Positions 27,701-37,108 are shown, counted from the stretch's first letter. The stretch: 64,000 nt of DNA from a virus (IMGVR_UViG_3300005937_000011:7347-71346), one strand, 5' to 3'. The notes: generated from the sequence alone by a model not told the origin. Made by a program: numbers and translations.

Positions 27701-29390
27701 AAACGCTGGTAGCACGAACAAGCTGAAGCTGTACAAGGTGGTGAGTAACGTCAAAACCCAGCTCGGCACTGACATCTCTATCAGCTTTACCAGAGGAGTC
27801 CCTAAGCGTGTGCGTGTCAAGATGGTAGGTTCTGCCATCGATATCTATGATGACAGTCTTGATCCCGTTCGCTCGACAACTGATAGCTCTCTCTCTGGCG
27901 CGGGATTGTGTGGACTCATTAACGTCTCTGGCTCAGCTCAGTTCTACAATTTGCGTATCCAGCCACAAGGTGACTCGCTGGCCGGCCAAAAAACTGCCTA
28001 TCTGAAGCTGACTCTTAACTCAACCGACCCAACACAGACACCGCAGGTGCTTACCTCAACCCTAGCTGCTCTATCACCAAATATCGAGCTAGGCCCTCTC
28101 ATCCCGACTCTGGACTGGCGACGCAAGTTCATGTCCGACAACATGGCTGATGTCTCGGATAAATCCAACAAGTACTGGCAGGTGGATAAGAATAAAGAGC
28201 TGTTCTTTGTGAACAGGCAGTCCATCCCAGCTCCCTGGATACTCCATTCCAGTGATACCAATCTGAAGCTAGCAGGCCCTCTCACAGTCGAGAATAGCGG
28301 TGATAAGTACATGAACCGCGCAATTCTCACAGGCGTTAAGGACACGAAAAGTGTTACAGAGAGCAAAGTAGGCAACAGTAAAGACACCTCGTGGGTACTT
28401 CAGTACAACGTTGACTCAGCTCCTACCATCACGCTTAATGGGCAAACTGCGACGGTAGGGCTGAAAGGCGCAACAGGCTATGACTTCTACTACGAAGTAG
28501 GTTCGAACTCTATAGCTCAGGACGACGCTGGTGACCTGCTCACAGAGATTGATGAGCTCATCTTTGCCTACACAGCTCAATTCGAGACTGAGGTAGTACG
28601 CGATAACTTGAATGCTGGGGACTTCCCAGGCACCATCTCACAAGAAGAGTTCATAGACATCAGTAGTCAGCACCCGTTCTCGTTTACTCTGCTCAATCAG
28701 GCCTCTGCTGCTCAGTCTGCCAGTGGTAGTACGAGCGATATTGATGTATCCAAGTTTGAAACCATCAACATTGACATTCCTATCACAGCTCACTCAGGGA
28801 CCAATCCTACCGTGCAATTCACTCTCAAGCGTAAAGATGCGAGCGGTACCTATTTCACCTTGTGGACTTCCAGCGTGAGCACAGCAGCTACGGACACCAT
28901 CTCAATCTCAGTTGGTCCAAGCTGTACCGTACCTGAGTCTCTAGGCTCAACTGTGCTGCTTTCCTGGACAATTGGCGGCACGAGTAGCCCTAGCGTGACG
29001 TTCGGATTGTCCATAAAGGGCCATCTCGATTTAGAGGCCTCTGAAATCGGTGTAGTCGAGTACGTGGAGGATGTCAGCGACCAGGGGCTAGACGTGGAAG
29101 GTGCTGAAGACTATGGAGACGCGCTCTTGCAGGAGAATGGAGTCATCGGGAGGACACTACGCTGCAAAGTCACACGAGCGGGACTAGACGTGGGGCAGTA
29201 CTGGCCTGTGTTTCTCAATGAGCACCACCTGTGGGATGAAAACATGCTTATCACAGACATTCAAATGACGCAAAAGAGTATCGCTAACTCAGGCAATCCT
29301 ACACAATACTATGAATACGATGTAACAGCTAATAGTGGACCGAACCTCGGTTCCTGGCAGAAGCTCTTGAAAGAGACAGTAAAGGCGTAA
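24798..29390 (+). CDS. Large tail-tip/hub protein with lectin-like (ConA/DUF1080-like) modules
   Basis: 1530 aa directly after TMP; two HRIKVVFSG..H/PKRVRVKMVG..I...G..G beta-sandwich modules; Ser/Thr-rich. Confidence 0.75.
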   Translation: MGNLIVEIENESYLVQEGSFQSTGQIAEASKCQFIIRDDYGAFRFNKWEEVVVTDDVEGVKFTGFVNFSKERKVAAQQLIWHTIDCIDNHAIFDKKTTNKLYSNVYGGIAVADMARALQYEIIAKHAIRNDSTQADFAAGNLSNTIATTNVDDGCLELSPAGSKVTITESTTSNFSTGTLSSVTAANNTLRPDSEAAIKMQCTQTGVAQDNTYTYVKIFQPASTFTVNGTCYLFYKIFITSDSPEAKFGVDITFTDNTSLRDNFTTGEVSQNNLSPHPGTDLAGYADGRWYGRTFDLTSFSGKNIAYISIACEGDKPGTYTAYFKSIQYLNSDFSNNQYFFQNSLNVNPVQQLKNQGYSQTSVSVVTTYEYTENPDTTTFNFRDSPSYDISNVGILKSSFISWKADEPDNTRFFVKYSIDGGNSFILCENNAPLPALPAGSKLTGTSIILAEEFSQKTGSNPEETPVLHSMKLVFNASYAASKTDVNYASTSSAVWQNTGTFSNTQVSGLFLQLVGSTRYFDENSTNNEMSNITLFGGKATGPNNANTCFQYINKKQFSLQVHQSTEARSRMDFAGQFADGTLEFDIYIDNSNMKDGCVYRTSNWSNYDANYAYAVEIFGTTIALQKGSNSSASSDGTRTQVAIATVNLTSQAIHRIKVVFSGSSHQIFLDDVRVINATDSTYTGAGYVGFRVSNTDASNGYISFFDNFGIMKTLTGTWTSNNISLTTAANYGDSAVYWEDYSIDSQSTSLLVEASINGGSSYSTCANGAPIPGLTLGQSLSGVNLKFRVTLTTAAATSMPQIRYLVARILGQYSASGTRISPALDLSPAVVAGSTLAAYDALLPSGTSVQLATSLNGTSFTIVNSGDPISGIAGQPDATLDTFDTNTASAYTSTARTSGTAAVYMWNTANSRITVSGGTNALLLRTGLSKKDVDLMLDLDQADCSGLVWRRTDNSNFYELDIFDDTSNAGSTNKLKLYKVVSNVKTQLGTDISISFTRGVPKRVRVKMVGSAIDIYDDSLDPVRSTTDSSLSGAGLCGLINVSGSAQFYNLRIQPQGDSLAGQKTAYLKLTLNSTDPTQTPQVLTSTLAALSPNIELGPLIPTLDWRRKFMSDNMADVSDKSNKYWQVDKNKELFFVNRQSIPAPWILHSSDTNLKLAGPLTVENSGDKYMNRAILTGVKDTKSVTESKVGNSKDTSWVLQYNVDSAPTITLNGQTATVGLKGATGYDFYYEVGSNSIAQDDAGDLLTEIDELIFAYTAQFETEVVRDNLNAGDFPGTISQEEFIDISSQHPFSFTLLNQASAAQSASGSTSDIDVSKFETINIDIPITAHSGTNPTVQFTLKRKDASGTYFTLWTSSVSTAATDTISISVGPSCTVPESLGSTVLLSWTIGGTSSPSVTFGLSIKGHLDLEASEIGVVEYVEDVSDQGLDVEGAEDYGDALLQENGVIGRTLRCKVTRAGLDVGQYWPVFLNEHHLWDENMLITDIQMTQKSIANSGNPTQYYEYDVTANSGPNLGSWQKLLKETVKA

Positions 29391-29394
29391 AGAT

Positions 29395-29778
29395 ATGGCT
29401 AGCGCACAAACACTCTATTATCTACCTACAGGCTCGATGATAACAACGACCGGTGATAGTGGACCTACTCCAATCTCTTGGTCAAACTGCAAGACACTGG
29501 CCATAGACTTTTACGCAACAGACAGGCAAGGCACCAATCCAACGGTAACGCTTACTGCCTATCGCTTAGGAGCTGATGGGACAACCTATTTCCAGATTTG
29601 GACATTAGGACCTATCGATGTCTCAGGAGCAAATAGCACGCCTGTCCCTAAGAGCGTCTCAATAGGCCCGGGTTGCTCTTATCCACTGGAGATAGGTGAC
29701 TCTGGCAAGATTGGCTGGACTATAGGTGGCACATCCACGCCCGGGGCCAAGTTCAGTATTTCAATCCAGGGGAAATGA
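29395..29778 (+). CDS. Minor tail protein (free-standing beta-sandwich domain)
   Basis: Homologous to a segment of the upstream hub protein. Confidence 0.6.
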   Translation: MASAQTLYYLPTGSMITTTGDSGPTPISWSNCKTLAIDFYATDRQGTNPTVTLTAYRLGADGTTYFQIWTLGPIDVSGANSTPVPKSVSIGPGCSYPLEIGDSGKIGWTIGGTSTPGAKFSISIQGK

Positions 29779-29799
29779 AAATAAGCACAAGGAGTAGTT

Positions 29800-30126
29800 A
29801 TGGCATATCCAACAAGTGTTGACGCTGGTTATGTCCAGTTTGTCGAGAGTCAGTCAGCGGCTTCACTCTCGAACAGTAGCACGATTAGCACGGCTAACGT
29901 CAGCGTGGCCAGAGTAACTACATCTGGTAACGTCACTGGAATAATTTTGCAAGCTGGCACATTACAAGGGCAAGAAGTCGTAGTAACTAATGAAAGCAGC
30001 AATACGGTTACCTTCGCAGCAGTCGGCACTTCTAACGTCGCTGACGGAACTTCAGCCGTAATAGCTGCAAATAGGGCCATGTTCTTTCGATGGAATAGCG
30101 GTACTTCTAAGTGGTACCACGCTTAA
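29800..30126 (+). CDS. Minor tail/fibre-tip-like protein
   Basis: GIILQAGTLQGQEVVVTNES..C-terminal F.W...W pattern. Confidence 0.55.
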   Translation: MAYPTSVDAGYVQFVESQSAASLSNSSTISTANVSVARVTTSGNVTGIILQAGTLQGQEVVVTNESSNTVTFAAVGTSNVADGTSAVIAANRAMFFRWNSGTSKWYHA

Positions 30127-30168
30127 TGGAATAATTCTCTCATTTACGAGAAAAGGAGACGTTAAACT

Positions 30169-30924
30169 ATGGCAGACTATACAGTCACAATGGAGTACAA
30201 TAAAGGTACGGATGCGAGCCCCGATTGGACTGGTACAGCACTTTCTACCGGGGGTACGTCCGGGGCTAATGAGCTTCGTTTCTGCAAAGCTGGTGATGGA
30301 GCTGGCAATGTAGCCTCTGCCTCATGGCCCAAATTCCGACGTTTGGCCAGTACTGGAGTGGTAGACGAGCTCTGGGCATACACCACAAATACTAGTGGTA
30401 TCAAGGTTGCCACCTATGACGGCACAAAAGCCGCTTCAAGAGTACTTCGAGCCTCATTCGACAATGCTGGGACACCTGTCTCTGTGATGAAGCTCTCTAG
30501 CTATGCAGATAGTAGCCTAGGAGCTGCTACACCTGGTACACAACCATCAGATCCGTCTACTGATGGAAGCGGCATAGTGAATGGGCATGCTTCAGACACT
30601 TCTAGCACGGCCTATCTCAAAGGCAATGTCTACGGTTCTGGGCTCACAGCAGGCGGCTCACAGGAGACACCTTCATCAGGCGCGGCTGGTTCTACCTTGG
30701 CTGTAACAAGCGGCACTAATGGCTCGGTTGCTCCTAGTGCAGGCGCATTTTTGAGTACATGGCAGTCATTGCAGGCGGATACGCAATATATAAGTGGTCC
30801 TGCCATACCACAGGCTACTACTGCATTTAAGTGGTATTTGGTGCTTTCTTTGTGGTCCGGGCCAAACTTGTGCTTAGGAAGCAACATAGCTCCTGTGCTC
30901 GCAATACAATACGATCGCACGTAG
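30169..30924 (+). CDS. Minor tail protein
   Basis: Gly/Ser/Thr-rich; position. Confidence 0.55.
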   Translation: MADYTVTMEYNKGTDASPDWTGTALSTGGTSGANELRFCKAGDGAGNVASASWPKFRRLASTGVVDELWAYTTNTSGIKVATYDGTKAASRVLRASFDNAGTPVSVMKLSSYADSSLGAATPGTQPSDPSTDGSGIVNGHASDTSSTAYLKGNVYGSGLTAGGSQETPSSGAAGSTLAVTSGTNGSVAPSAGAFLSTWQSLQADTQYISGPAIPQATTAFKWYLVLSLWSGPNLCLGSNIAPVLAIQYDRT

Positions 30925-30937
30925 GAAATAAGCGTAT

Positions 30938-31405
30938 ATGTTTACATTTGGTGCATATTGGCGCGTTCTATTAACAACGGGGCGCAAAATCAACGGATAT
31001 GAGAAGCGCCCCGGCCTCAAGTCGAATGAGGAGAGGCCTATAGATTGGTGCCTTGACCTCGTAAGCACAGGGGATCATCTCAACATCAAAGAATTGCATC
31101 TTGTCTACCCGGGAGTCATGCGTTATGTCAGGCTCAAGATTACAGAGCCTGGCACGGCTTTTGCTTTTATGAGGCAAATACACGGCGTAGATCTCGCTAC
31201 AGGGCAGCCAATTGACAGGGTAGAGTCACATATCATAGGGCGCGTAGTGGACAAGGAAAATGGACTAGCAGAGGGCTATATCTGGGATAGAGTCAAAGGT
31301 CTCATTGGGTATGAGGATGTCAGCGTGTATTCCTTCCCAAGTTGGAGAGAGGGACTTATACCACCTGGCAAACTCAGCTTAGATCGACTAGGACTAGTGC
31401 TCTAA
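30938..31405 (+). CDS. Hypothetical protein in tail module
   Basis: Operon continuity. Confidence 0.55.
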   Translation: MFTFGAYWRVLLTTGRKINGYEKRPGLKSNEERPIDWCLDLVSTGDHLNIKELHLVYPGVMRYVRLKITEPGTAFAFMRQIHGVDLATGQPIDRVESHIIGRVVDKENGLAEGYIWDRVKGLIGYEDVSVYSFPSWREGLIPPGKLSLDRLGLVL

Positions 31406-31439
31406 ACACAATAAAATACGCAAGAAAGGAGGTGAGATA

Positions 31440-34238
31440 ATGGTAACACAAGTCGGAGTTGACACGTATGTGCGCTCAAATCAGAGCGGTTGGGGTACAT
31501 CGTCAGGAGGCGATACGTGGGCAGCAGGCACAAATAATGGCACTGCAACAGTCTCCATTAGCAGTAATACCGGACTTGTGACAGGGGCAAGCTCTGGCTC
31601 ATCTAATATGCAGCTTCTTGGGACAAAGACAGCAAAAGACTGTGATATCCTTGTCAAGCTCAAAATGAGCGCTATAGGAGCAAGCACAGGATTTTCTCTT
31701 GTCGCTCGTTGTGATGGCAATGCTGGCACTGGTAACTGGTATCGTTTGGCGCTCGGAACAAACCTTACCATACAAAAATCAGTTACTGGCACCTTTACAA
31801 CGCTCGGCACTGCTACATTTTCCGCATCAGCTAATACCTATTATTGGATGCGTTTCCGGCTTGTTGGGACATCGCTTCAAGGGAAGATATGGGCAGACGG
31901 CAATTCAGAACCTGGGACCTGGGATATCAGCATAACTGACTCAACATTTACTGCAGCAGGTCGCTATGGTGTGCGCGGATTCGCAAATAGCGGAAACACA
32001 AACACAGTCGCAAGTATCGAAGTTGACGCTATTCATTCGTCTCAGGCTTTCTCAAGCCGTTTCTATCAGATAGCAGGCGCTCCTAAGAAGTTCACAAGCC
32101 GCTTGTCTCAAATGGCAGGAACGTCTCAGAGGTTTGCCTCAAGACTGTACCAGATGATAGGAGCGAGCAAAAAGTTCAGCACACGTCTCTACCAACTCGG
32201 AGGTGCATCAAAAAAGTTTATAGGTAGGCTATTTCAAGATGCATTAACCAATAAAAAAATCACTACAAGATTTAGTCAACTCACTGGTACTACTCAAAAA
32301 TATGTAGCACGGCTGTTCCAGTCTGCCCCAGCCAAACAGATTATTCAATCTCGGTTTGGGCAACTCGTAGGGACAAGCCAGAAGTTCATAGCCCGTCTTG
32401 CTCAATCTGTCCTGAGTCGGCAAATCTTATCCTCGCGATTCTCTCAACTCGCAGGCACGAGCAAATCATTCATCTCTCGATTATTCCAAGATGACAGCAC
32501 AGCACAAAAATTCTCTGCTCGCTTCGGTCACGATACTGGAAATACGCCTACTCAGCAGATATTCAGTACTCTTTTCTCGCAATATGCCCGCGTATCTCAA
32601 ATATTAAAGGCCCGCTTCTATCACGTTGCCTTGGCTGCTCAATACATTGCATCTCGATTTACTCAGCTTACAGGCACTGCTAAGAAGTTTAGCGCTCGAC
32701 TCATTCATGCCGTTCTCTCAAAAAATGCCTTTACAGCACGTCTGTACCAAATGGCAGGTACAGCACAAAAGTATGCGACACGGCTTATGCATACAGTATT
32801 AGCAAAACAGCTCATATCTGCTCGTTTTAGTCAACTTACAAATACGTCTCAAAAATATAGTGCACGCTTCTTTCAATACATTCATTCATTTAGTGCATAT
32901 AGCGCAAGACTCTATCATGTGGCTCTGCAAGCTAAGACTTATGCAGCGCGTTTCTACCAGTTCGTCTCAGCCAAGAAGCCATTCTTAGCACGCCTGTTTC
33001 AAGTAGAGAGGCCTGTTAAACGGTATCCATCGCGACTCTACCAGATGGATGGAACAGGCCAGAAATTCAAGTCTCTCTACATCCATACGGTGCTCTCGAA
33101 AAACGGCTTTAAGGTGCTCTTGAGTCAGTATGACAGAGCAGCCCAGAAGTTTAGTGCCAGGTTTGCTCAAAGTATTCTTACTCAGCAGATATTCAAGTCC
33201 CGTCTATACCAGCTCACAGGTGTCTCCCAGGTCTTCAAGAGCAGGCTTTTCCAATACATCGGCTCGTCCCAAGCCTGGAAAGCCTTTCTGTTTCACTGCC
33301 AACTAGCAGCTCAGAAGTTCTCAGCACGGTTCTCTCAGCTAGACGGAACAGCACAAAGGTTTACAGCTCGCTTTGGACAACTGAATACAGACGCGGCTAT
33401 GCAAATCTTCTCTGCTCGATTTACTCAGCTTACAGGCACTGCTAAGAAGTTTAGCGCTCGACTCATTCATTCAGTCTTAGCCAAGCAGACATTCAAGAGC
33501 AGGCTCTACCAGCTAGTAGATACTTCCAAGTCCTGGACAGCTCGTCTGTTCCAATTCGTGAGCAGTGCCAAGAGCTATCCATCTCGGCTCTATCAGTCCG
33601 CTTCTACCAGCAAGAAGTATTCAGCACGTCTATTCCAGGATGAGAGAGCAAGCAAGATCTATAGCTCTCGTTTCAGGCAGATAGAAGTATCGCACAATAT
33701 ATTTGAGACATTGCTATTCCACATCACGTTACAGGCAAAATACTACACAGAGCGTTTCTACCATGTAGCTCTTGTACGCAAAATCTTCCCGTCTCGGCTG
33801 GGCCAGCACACAAACACGAGCAAAGCCTATCCAGAACGGCTCTACCAGCTTGATAGGAGTAGCAACCGTTTCAAAGCTAAGCTGTATCAGGATGACAGGA
33901 CACAGAAGCTCTACAAGGCCTATATCAGTCATGCCCAGCACGTAAACAAAGCCTACTCAAGCAAGTTCTACCAGTACGGAGGAACAAGTAGAAATTTCTT
34001 TGCTCGATTTGGGCATACTGATACTTTCTTTGCAAAGCAACTCTACAATGCACGTATTTACCATACTGCATATGCAAATAAGCGCTATGCATGCCGCTTC
34101 AATCACGTGCTACCAGAGCCGCCAAACGTTATTGTGCTTGTCAGAAGTGGTGATGCAATAGCATATGTGAGAAGTGGCAATGCAGATGCACGGGTACGAA
34201 GTGGTGATATGTTAGTTTCAGTTAGAGAGGCAATATAA
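31440..34238 (+). CDS. Tail fibre-like protein: N-terminal lectin-like domain plus ~49 x 14-aa repeats
   Basis: AAAGGAGG RBS; consensus (K/Q)K(F/Y)S(A/S)R(L/F)(Y/F)(Q/H)xxG(T/A)(S/A). Confidence 0.7.
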   Translation: MVTQVGVDTYVRSNQSGWGTSSGGDTWAAGTNNGTATVSISSNTGLVTGASSGSSNMQLLGTKTAKDCDILVKLKMSAIGASTGFSLVARCDGNAGTGNWYRLALGTNLTIQKSVTGTFTTLGTATFSASANTYYWMRFRLVGTSLQGKIWADGNSEPGTWDISITDSTFTAAGRYGVRGFANSGNTNTVASIEVDAIHSSQAFSSRFYQIAGAPKKFTSRLSQMAGTSQRFASRLYQMIGASKKFSTRLYQLGGASKKFIGRLFQDALTNKKITTRFSQLTGTTQKYVARLFQSAPAKQIIQSRFGQLVGTSQKFIARLAQSVLSRQILSSRFSQLAGTSKSFISRLFQDDSTAQKFSARFGHDTGNTPTQQIFSTLFSQYARVSQILKARFYHVALAAQYIASRFTQLTGTAKKFSARLIHAVLSKNAFTARLYQMAGTAQKYATRLMHTVLAKQLISARFSQLTNTSQKYSARFFQYIHSFSAYSARLYHVALQAKTYAARFYQFVSAKKPFLARLFQVERPVKRYPSRLYQMDGTGQKFKSLYIHTVLSKNGFKVLLSQYDRAAQKFSARFAQSILTQQIFKSRLYQLTGVSQVFKSRLFQYIGSSQAWKAFLFHCQLAAQKFSARFSQLDGTAQRFTARFGQLNTDAAMQIFSARFTQLTGTAKKFSARLIHSVLAKQTFKSRLYQLVDTSKSWTARLFQFVSSAKSYPSRLYQSASTSKKYSARLFQDERASKIYSSRFRQIEVSHNIFETLLFHITLQAKYYTERFYHVALVRKIFPSRLGQHTNTSKAYPERLYQLDRSSNRFKAKLYQDDRTQKLYKAYISHAQHVNKAYSSKFYQYGGTSRNFFARFGHTDTFFAKQLYNARIYHTAYANKRYACRFNHVLPEPPNVIVLVRSGDAIAYVRSGNADARVRSGDMLVSVREAI
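32653..33470 (+). repeat. Exact 56-bp direct repeat (32653-32708 and 33415-33470)
   Basis: CTCGATTTACTCAGCTTACAGGCACTGCTAAGAAGTTTAGCGCTCGACTCATTCAT present twice. Confidence 0.9.
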
Positions 34239-34239
34239 G

Positions 34240-34593
34240 ATGTTTGAAGATATTATTGAAGATTACTCACCGATTACTGCAGGGGACACTGGTGCATTAT
34301 TTAAGCCTCATTTCAGGGATAAAAATAAAGAGCCTATACCTCTGACTGGGAAGACCATTTCCATGGTTATGCAGAATCGGGACTCACCTGATAAAGTGAA
34401 GTTAACCACAGGCACATGGGATTACGATGACCGTGAAAATGGGATAGCGCATTTCAACTATGGCGATGAAGACGTGGCTACACCTGGTGTGTGGTATCTC
34501 ATTATCGTTATCACGGACAATATAACCGGAAAACCTGTCCATGCCGATTCAAAACAATTACGCATACTACCTTTAATACAGCCACCACCATAG
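34240..34593 (+). CDS. BppU N-terminal-like (baseplate upper) domain protein
   Basis: ITAGDTG..F..HFRD....PIPLTG.TI.....GIAHFNY..DVATPGVW. Confidence 0.7.
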   Translation: MFEDIIEDYSPITAGDTGALFKPHFRDKNKEPIPLTGKTISMVMQNRDSPDKVKLTTGTWDYDDRENGIAHFNYGDEDVATPGVWYLIIVITDNITGKPVHADSKQLRILPLIQPPP

Positions 34594-34600
34594 GAGAAAC

Positions 34601-34813
34601 ATGAAACACGTTGTAATCACGACAAATACACCAGATAACACTATGACTATGCAAAACTACAGCGGTACACAGCTTGTGCACTCTGACGAGGATTTTGCAT
34701 GGTTCGAATGCACAGATCTCTCACAACAAGACCAAGACGCGCTATGCGGCTATGGAGTGCCGCAAACAGTAAAACTTGTAGGTATGATAGTGCTGAACAA
34801 GCCGCCAGAATAG
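34601..34813 (+). CDS. Hypothetical protein
   Basis: GGAG RBS. Confidence 0.55.
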   Translation: MKHVVITTNTPDNTMTMQNYSGTQLVHSDEDFAWFECTDLSQQDQDALCGYGVPQTVKLVGMIVLNKPPE

Positions 34814-34821
34814 GAGATGCA

Positions 34822-35004
34822 ATGGCTACATTTATCGACTTCAATTCCCTAGCAATACTCAATCTGCTCGTCGCCTTGCTTTGGCTAGCTAGTGCATCTT
34901 ACATAGGCGATAGACGCGACCCAATAGGCATTATCGTTCTCATCCTAGCTGCTGTAGCCGTCGTGTTCAATATCGTCTTTATTGTGCTTAAGTTTGTGCA
35001 TTGA
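34822..35004 (+). CDS. Small two-TM membrane protein (holin-like), 60 aa
   Basis: AGGAG RBS before ATG 34822; two hydrophobic helices. Confidence 0.6.
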   Translation: MATFIDFNSLAILNLLVALLWLASASYIGDRRDPIGIIVLILAAVAVVFNIVFIVLKFVH

Positions 35005-35025
35005 GCCTAAGCAACAGGAGGAGAC

Positions 35026-35652
35026 ATGGCACGCATCCAATGCTTTTTGCTAGAGCCAACGGGGCGCGTTCTCGTAAAGCTTCGAAGATATCGCTCTTTC
35101 AAAAACCCTAATGACTGTCCCCTTGGGAATGGCTATTATCATAATGCTTCCAATCCCATTTTTGAGGAGCTAGAAGAGAACAGCGAGGAAGGATACATCA
35201 CCAACGGGACAAAGCCAATGCCACCTCACGACGACCCTCGATGGCCTATGAAGTGTCAATGCGGCTATACCTTCCAGGGGAACGATGAGTGGCAACGAGA
35301 TGTAGACATGATTTATCGGAGGTCAGATACAAGGGAAGAGACGACGATTGAGAATGCTCCTGTCGGGGCCATGTGGTATGCGCCGTGGGTAGACCGTTTC
35401 CATGTTCCACAGAGTGAGCACAATCTTGTGGTCAAAACGCCGGGTGGTGACTGGCAAATTGATTCTCAAAGTTCAAATTGCACTATGCCTGAAGACAGGC
35501 GACAAGAGAAGCATCACTGTTGGATACGGCACGGTGACGCTCCAAACGTGACAGTTGACAAGCAAGGAGGTTCAACTTGCGGTGCAGGTGCAGGAAGCAT
35601 TCAAGCAGGAAATTATCATGGTTTCTTGAGAAACGGATTTCTAGAGGATTAA
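35026..35652 (+). CDS. Cys/His-rich hypothetical protein (possibly DUF6527-related C-terminus)
   Basis: CQCGY, HHCWIRHG, TCGAGAGSI, YHGFLRNG. Confidence 0.55.
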   Translation: MARIQCFLLEPTGRVLVKLRRYRSFKNPNDCPLGNGYYHNASNPIFEELEENSEEGYITNGTKPMPPHDDPRWPMKCQCGYTFQGNDEWQRDVDMIYRRSDTREETTIENAPVGAMWYAPWVDRFHVPQSEHNLVVKTPGGDWQIDSQSSNCTMPEDRRQEKHHCWIRHGDAPNVTVDKQGGSTCGAGAGSIQAGNYHGFLRNGFLED

Positions 35653-35653
35653 T

Positions 35654-36721
35654 ATGCAAATCACGCAACTGTTCAACAACAATAGCTTTCCACGCGCTAA
35701 TCACCCAAAATTTGTTATATTGCATGGTACTGCCGGGGGCACCTCAGCACTAGCTATAGCGCAATACTTCCAAAATGCTGGTGTGAGCGCTCACTATGTC
35801 ATCGGGCAAGATGGGCAAATAGTACAGTGTAATGGCGAATCTGACGGGGCCTATGCCGATGGAGTTATTGATGGCGTGCCTACACCGGGCTTGCCTTTCC
35901 GCACTCAATCCGACGGCGTGCACAGAGATGACTGGTGGAATCCTAACGGCATTAACCCAAACAACGAAGGAATAGCTATTGAGCACTGTAAACCGTCAGC
36001 CGACAATAGCGACGCCCTCACACCTGCTCAGCAAGCTTCTAGTCTCTGGCTTGTGAATGACATTTGCAATCGGTGGAACATCCCTAAACGCTTTGCAGAT
36101 GCTTCGGGCGGAATCACAGGACATTTTTCAATCGACGCTGTGAGCCGTCAGAGGTGCCCGGGCCCATACCCGTGGGATGCATTATTCGATTACTTAAATG
36201 AAAACGAGGAACAACCTATCATGATTGACTTATCCAATCCCGGAGTCTCGCAATACTTCCAAGCCACAGCCGATCCACAGATCTGGCAAGTGAAAGGCTC
36301 TAACATCTTGCTAGGCCATGGCATTCTTGACTTCTACCGATCATTTGGAGGCAGTGGACTCTGTGGGCTCAGTCACCTAGGGTTGCCTACATCTAATGAA
36401 ATAAGCGCAGGAAACGGACGTGTATACCAAAGACTTGAAAGAGGTGTATTATGCTACGACGTCACTCATTCAATTGACAATCCACCCCAGTCAGGCCCAG
36501 TCTACTTGATGCATATCGACAAAGGCCTCGGCCAGGACCCGCGCATTGCTCAACTACAAGTTCAGGTCGGACAACTACAGACTCAAGTAGCCGATCAACA
36601 AACGGTGATTACCGAACTTCAGAGCCTACCATCTGTCCAAAACTTGAGTGACATCAACAAGCTCGGTCAGCAAATTGTCTCGACAGGACAGGCCATCGTC
36701 AAAGCCTCACAGGTGCAATGA
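35654..36721 (+). CDS. Endolysin: N-acetylmuramoyl-L-alanine amidase (Amidase_2) plus LGFP-like motif and coiled coil
   Basis: VILHGTAG, SAHYVIG, IAIEH, ITGH...CPG; LGLPTSNE...YQRLERGVL. Confidence 0.9.
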   Translation: MQITQLFNNNSFPRANHPKFVILHGTAGGTSALAIAQYFQNAGVSAHYVIGQDGQIVQCNGESDGAYADGVIDGVPTPGLPFRTQSDGVHRDDWWNPNGINPNNEGIAIEHCKPSADNSDALTPAQQASSLWLVNDICNRWNIPKRFADASGGITGHFSIDAVSRQRCPGPYPWDALFDYLNENEEQPIMIDLSNPGVSQYFQATADPQIWQVKGSNILLGHGILDFYRSFGGSGLCGLSHLGLPTSNEISAGNGRVYQRLERGVLCYDVTHSIDNPPQSGPVYLMHIDKGLGQDPRIAQLQVQVGQLQTQVADQQTVITELQSLPSVQNLSDINKLGQQIVSTGQAIVKASQVQ

Positions 36722-36751
36722 TACTGTCTAAATAGCGCGATAGAGGCATTT

Positions 36752-37108
36752 ATGCCACCTGAATACAGACAAGAAATAGCAGCTATTGTTGAGATGTTGA
36801 TGAAGCAAGTCATTAGCAATCAAGACGATATGAGAAAGTCGTTAGGAGAACTTGAAAGAAAGGTAGACGTAAAGGATGCGATACAAGAAGCGAGAATAAA
36901 TGCAGTGCAGGAGGATATTAACAATCTGGAAAAGAAGATTGATGAAGCAATTAAGACCGTGCAAGGCGTAAAGGATGAGATCATACAGAGCCAGGAGAAG
37001 AAATACAAAAATACAATACGGGCACAATGGGCTATATTCGGCGCATTTGGCATTCCAGCCGCCGGATATATCGTTACCCTTATCTTCCAAGCAATCTTCC
37101 ATCATTAG
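36752..37108 (+). CDS. Coiled-coil plus C-terminal TM protein (XhlA/holin-like)
   Basis: Heptad region then WAIFGAFGIPAAGYIVTLIF; follows endolysin. Confidence 0.6.
   Translation: MPPEYRQEIAAIVEMLMKQVISNQDDMRKSLGELERKVDVKDAIQEARINAVQEDINNLEKKIDEAIKTVQGVKDEIIQSQEKKYKNTIRAQWAIFGAFGIPAAGYIVTLIFQAIFHH

Noticed and set aside
32653-33470. Template/variable repeat pair of a diversity-generating retroelement
   Set aside because: The two copies are identical with no adenine-specific mismatches, both lie mid-gene, and no reverse transcriptase is present in the window.
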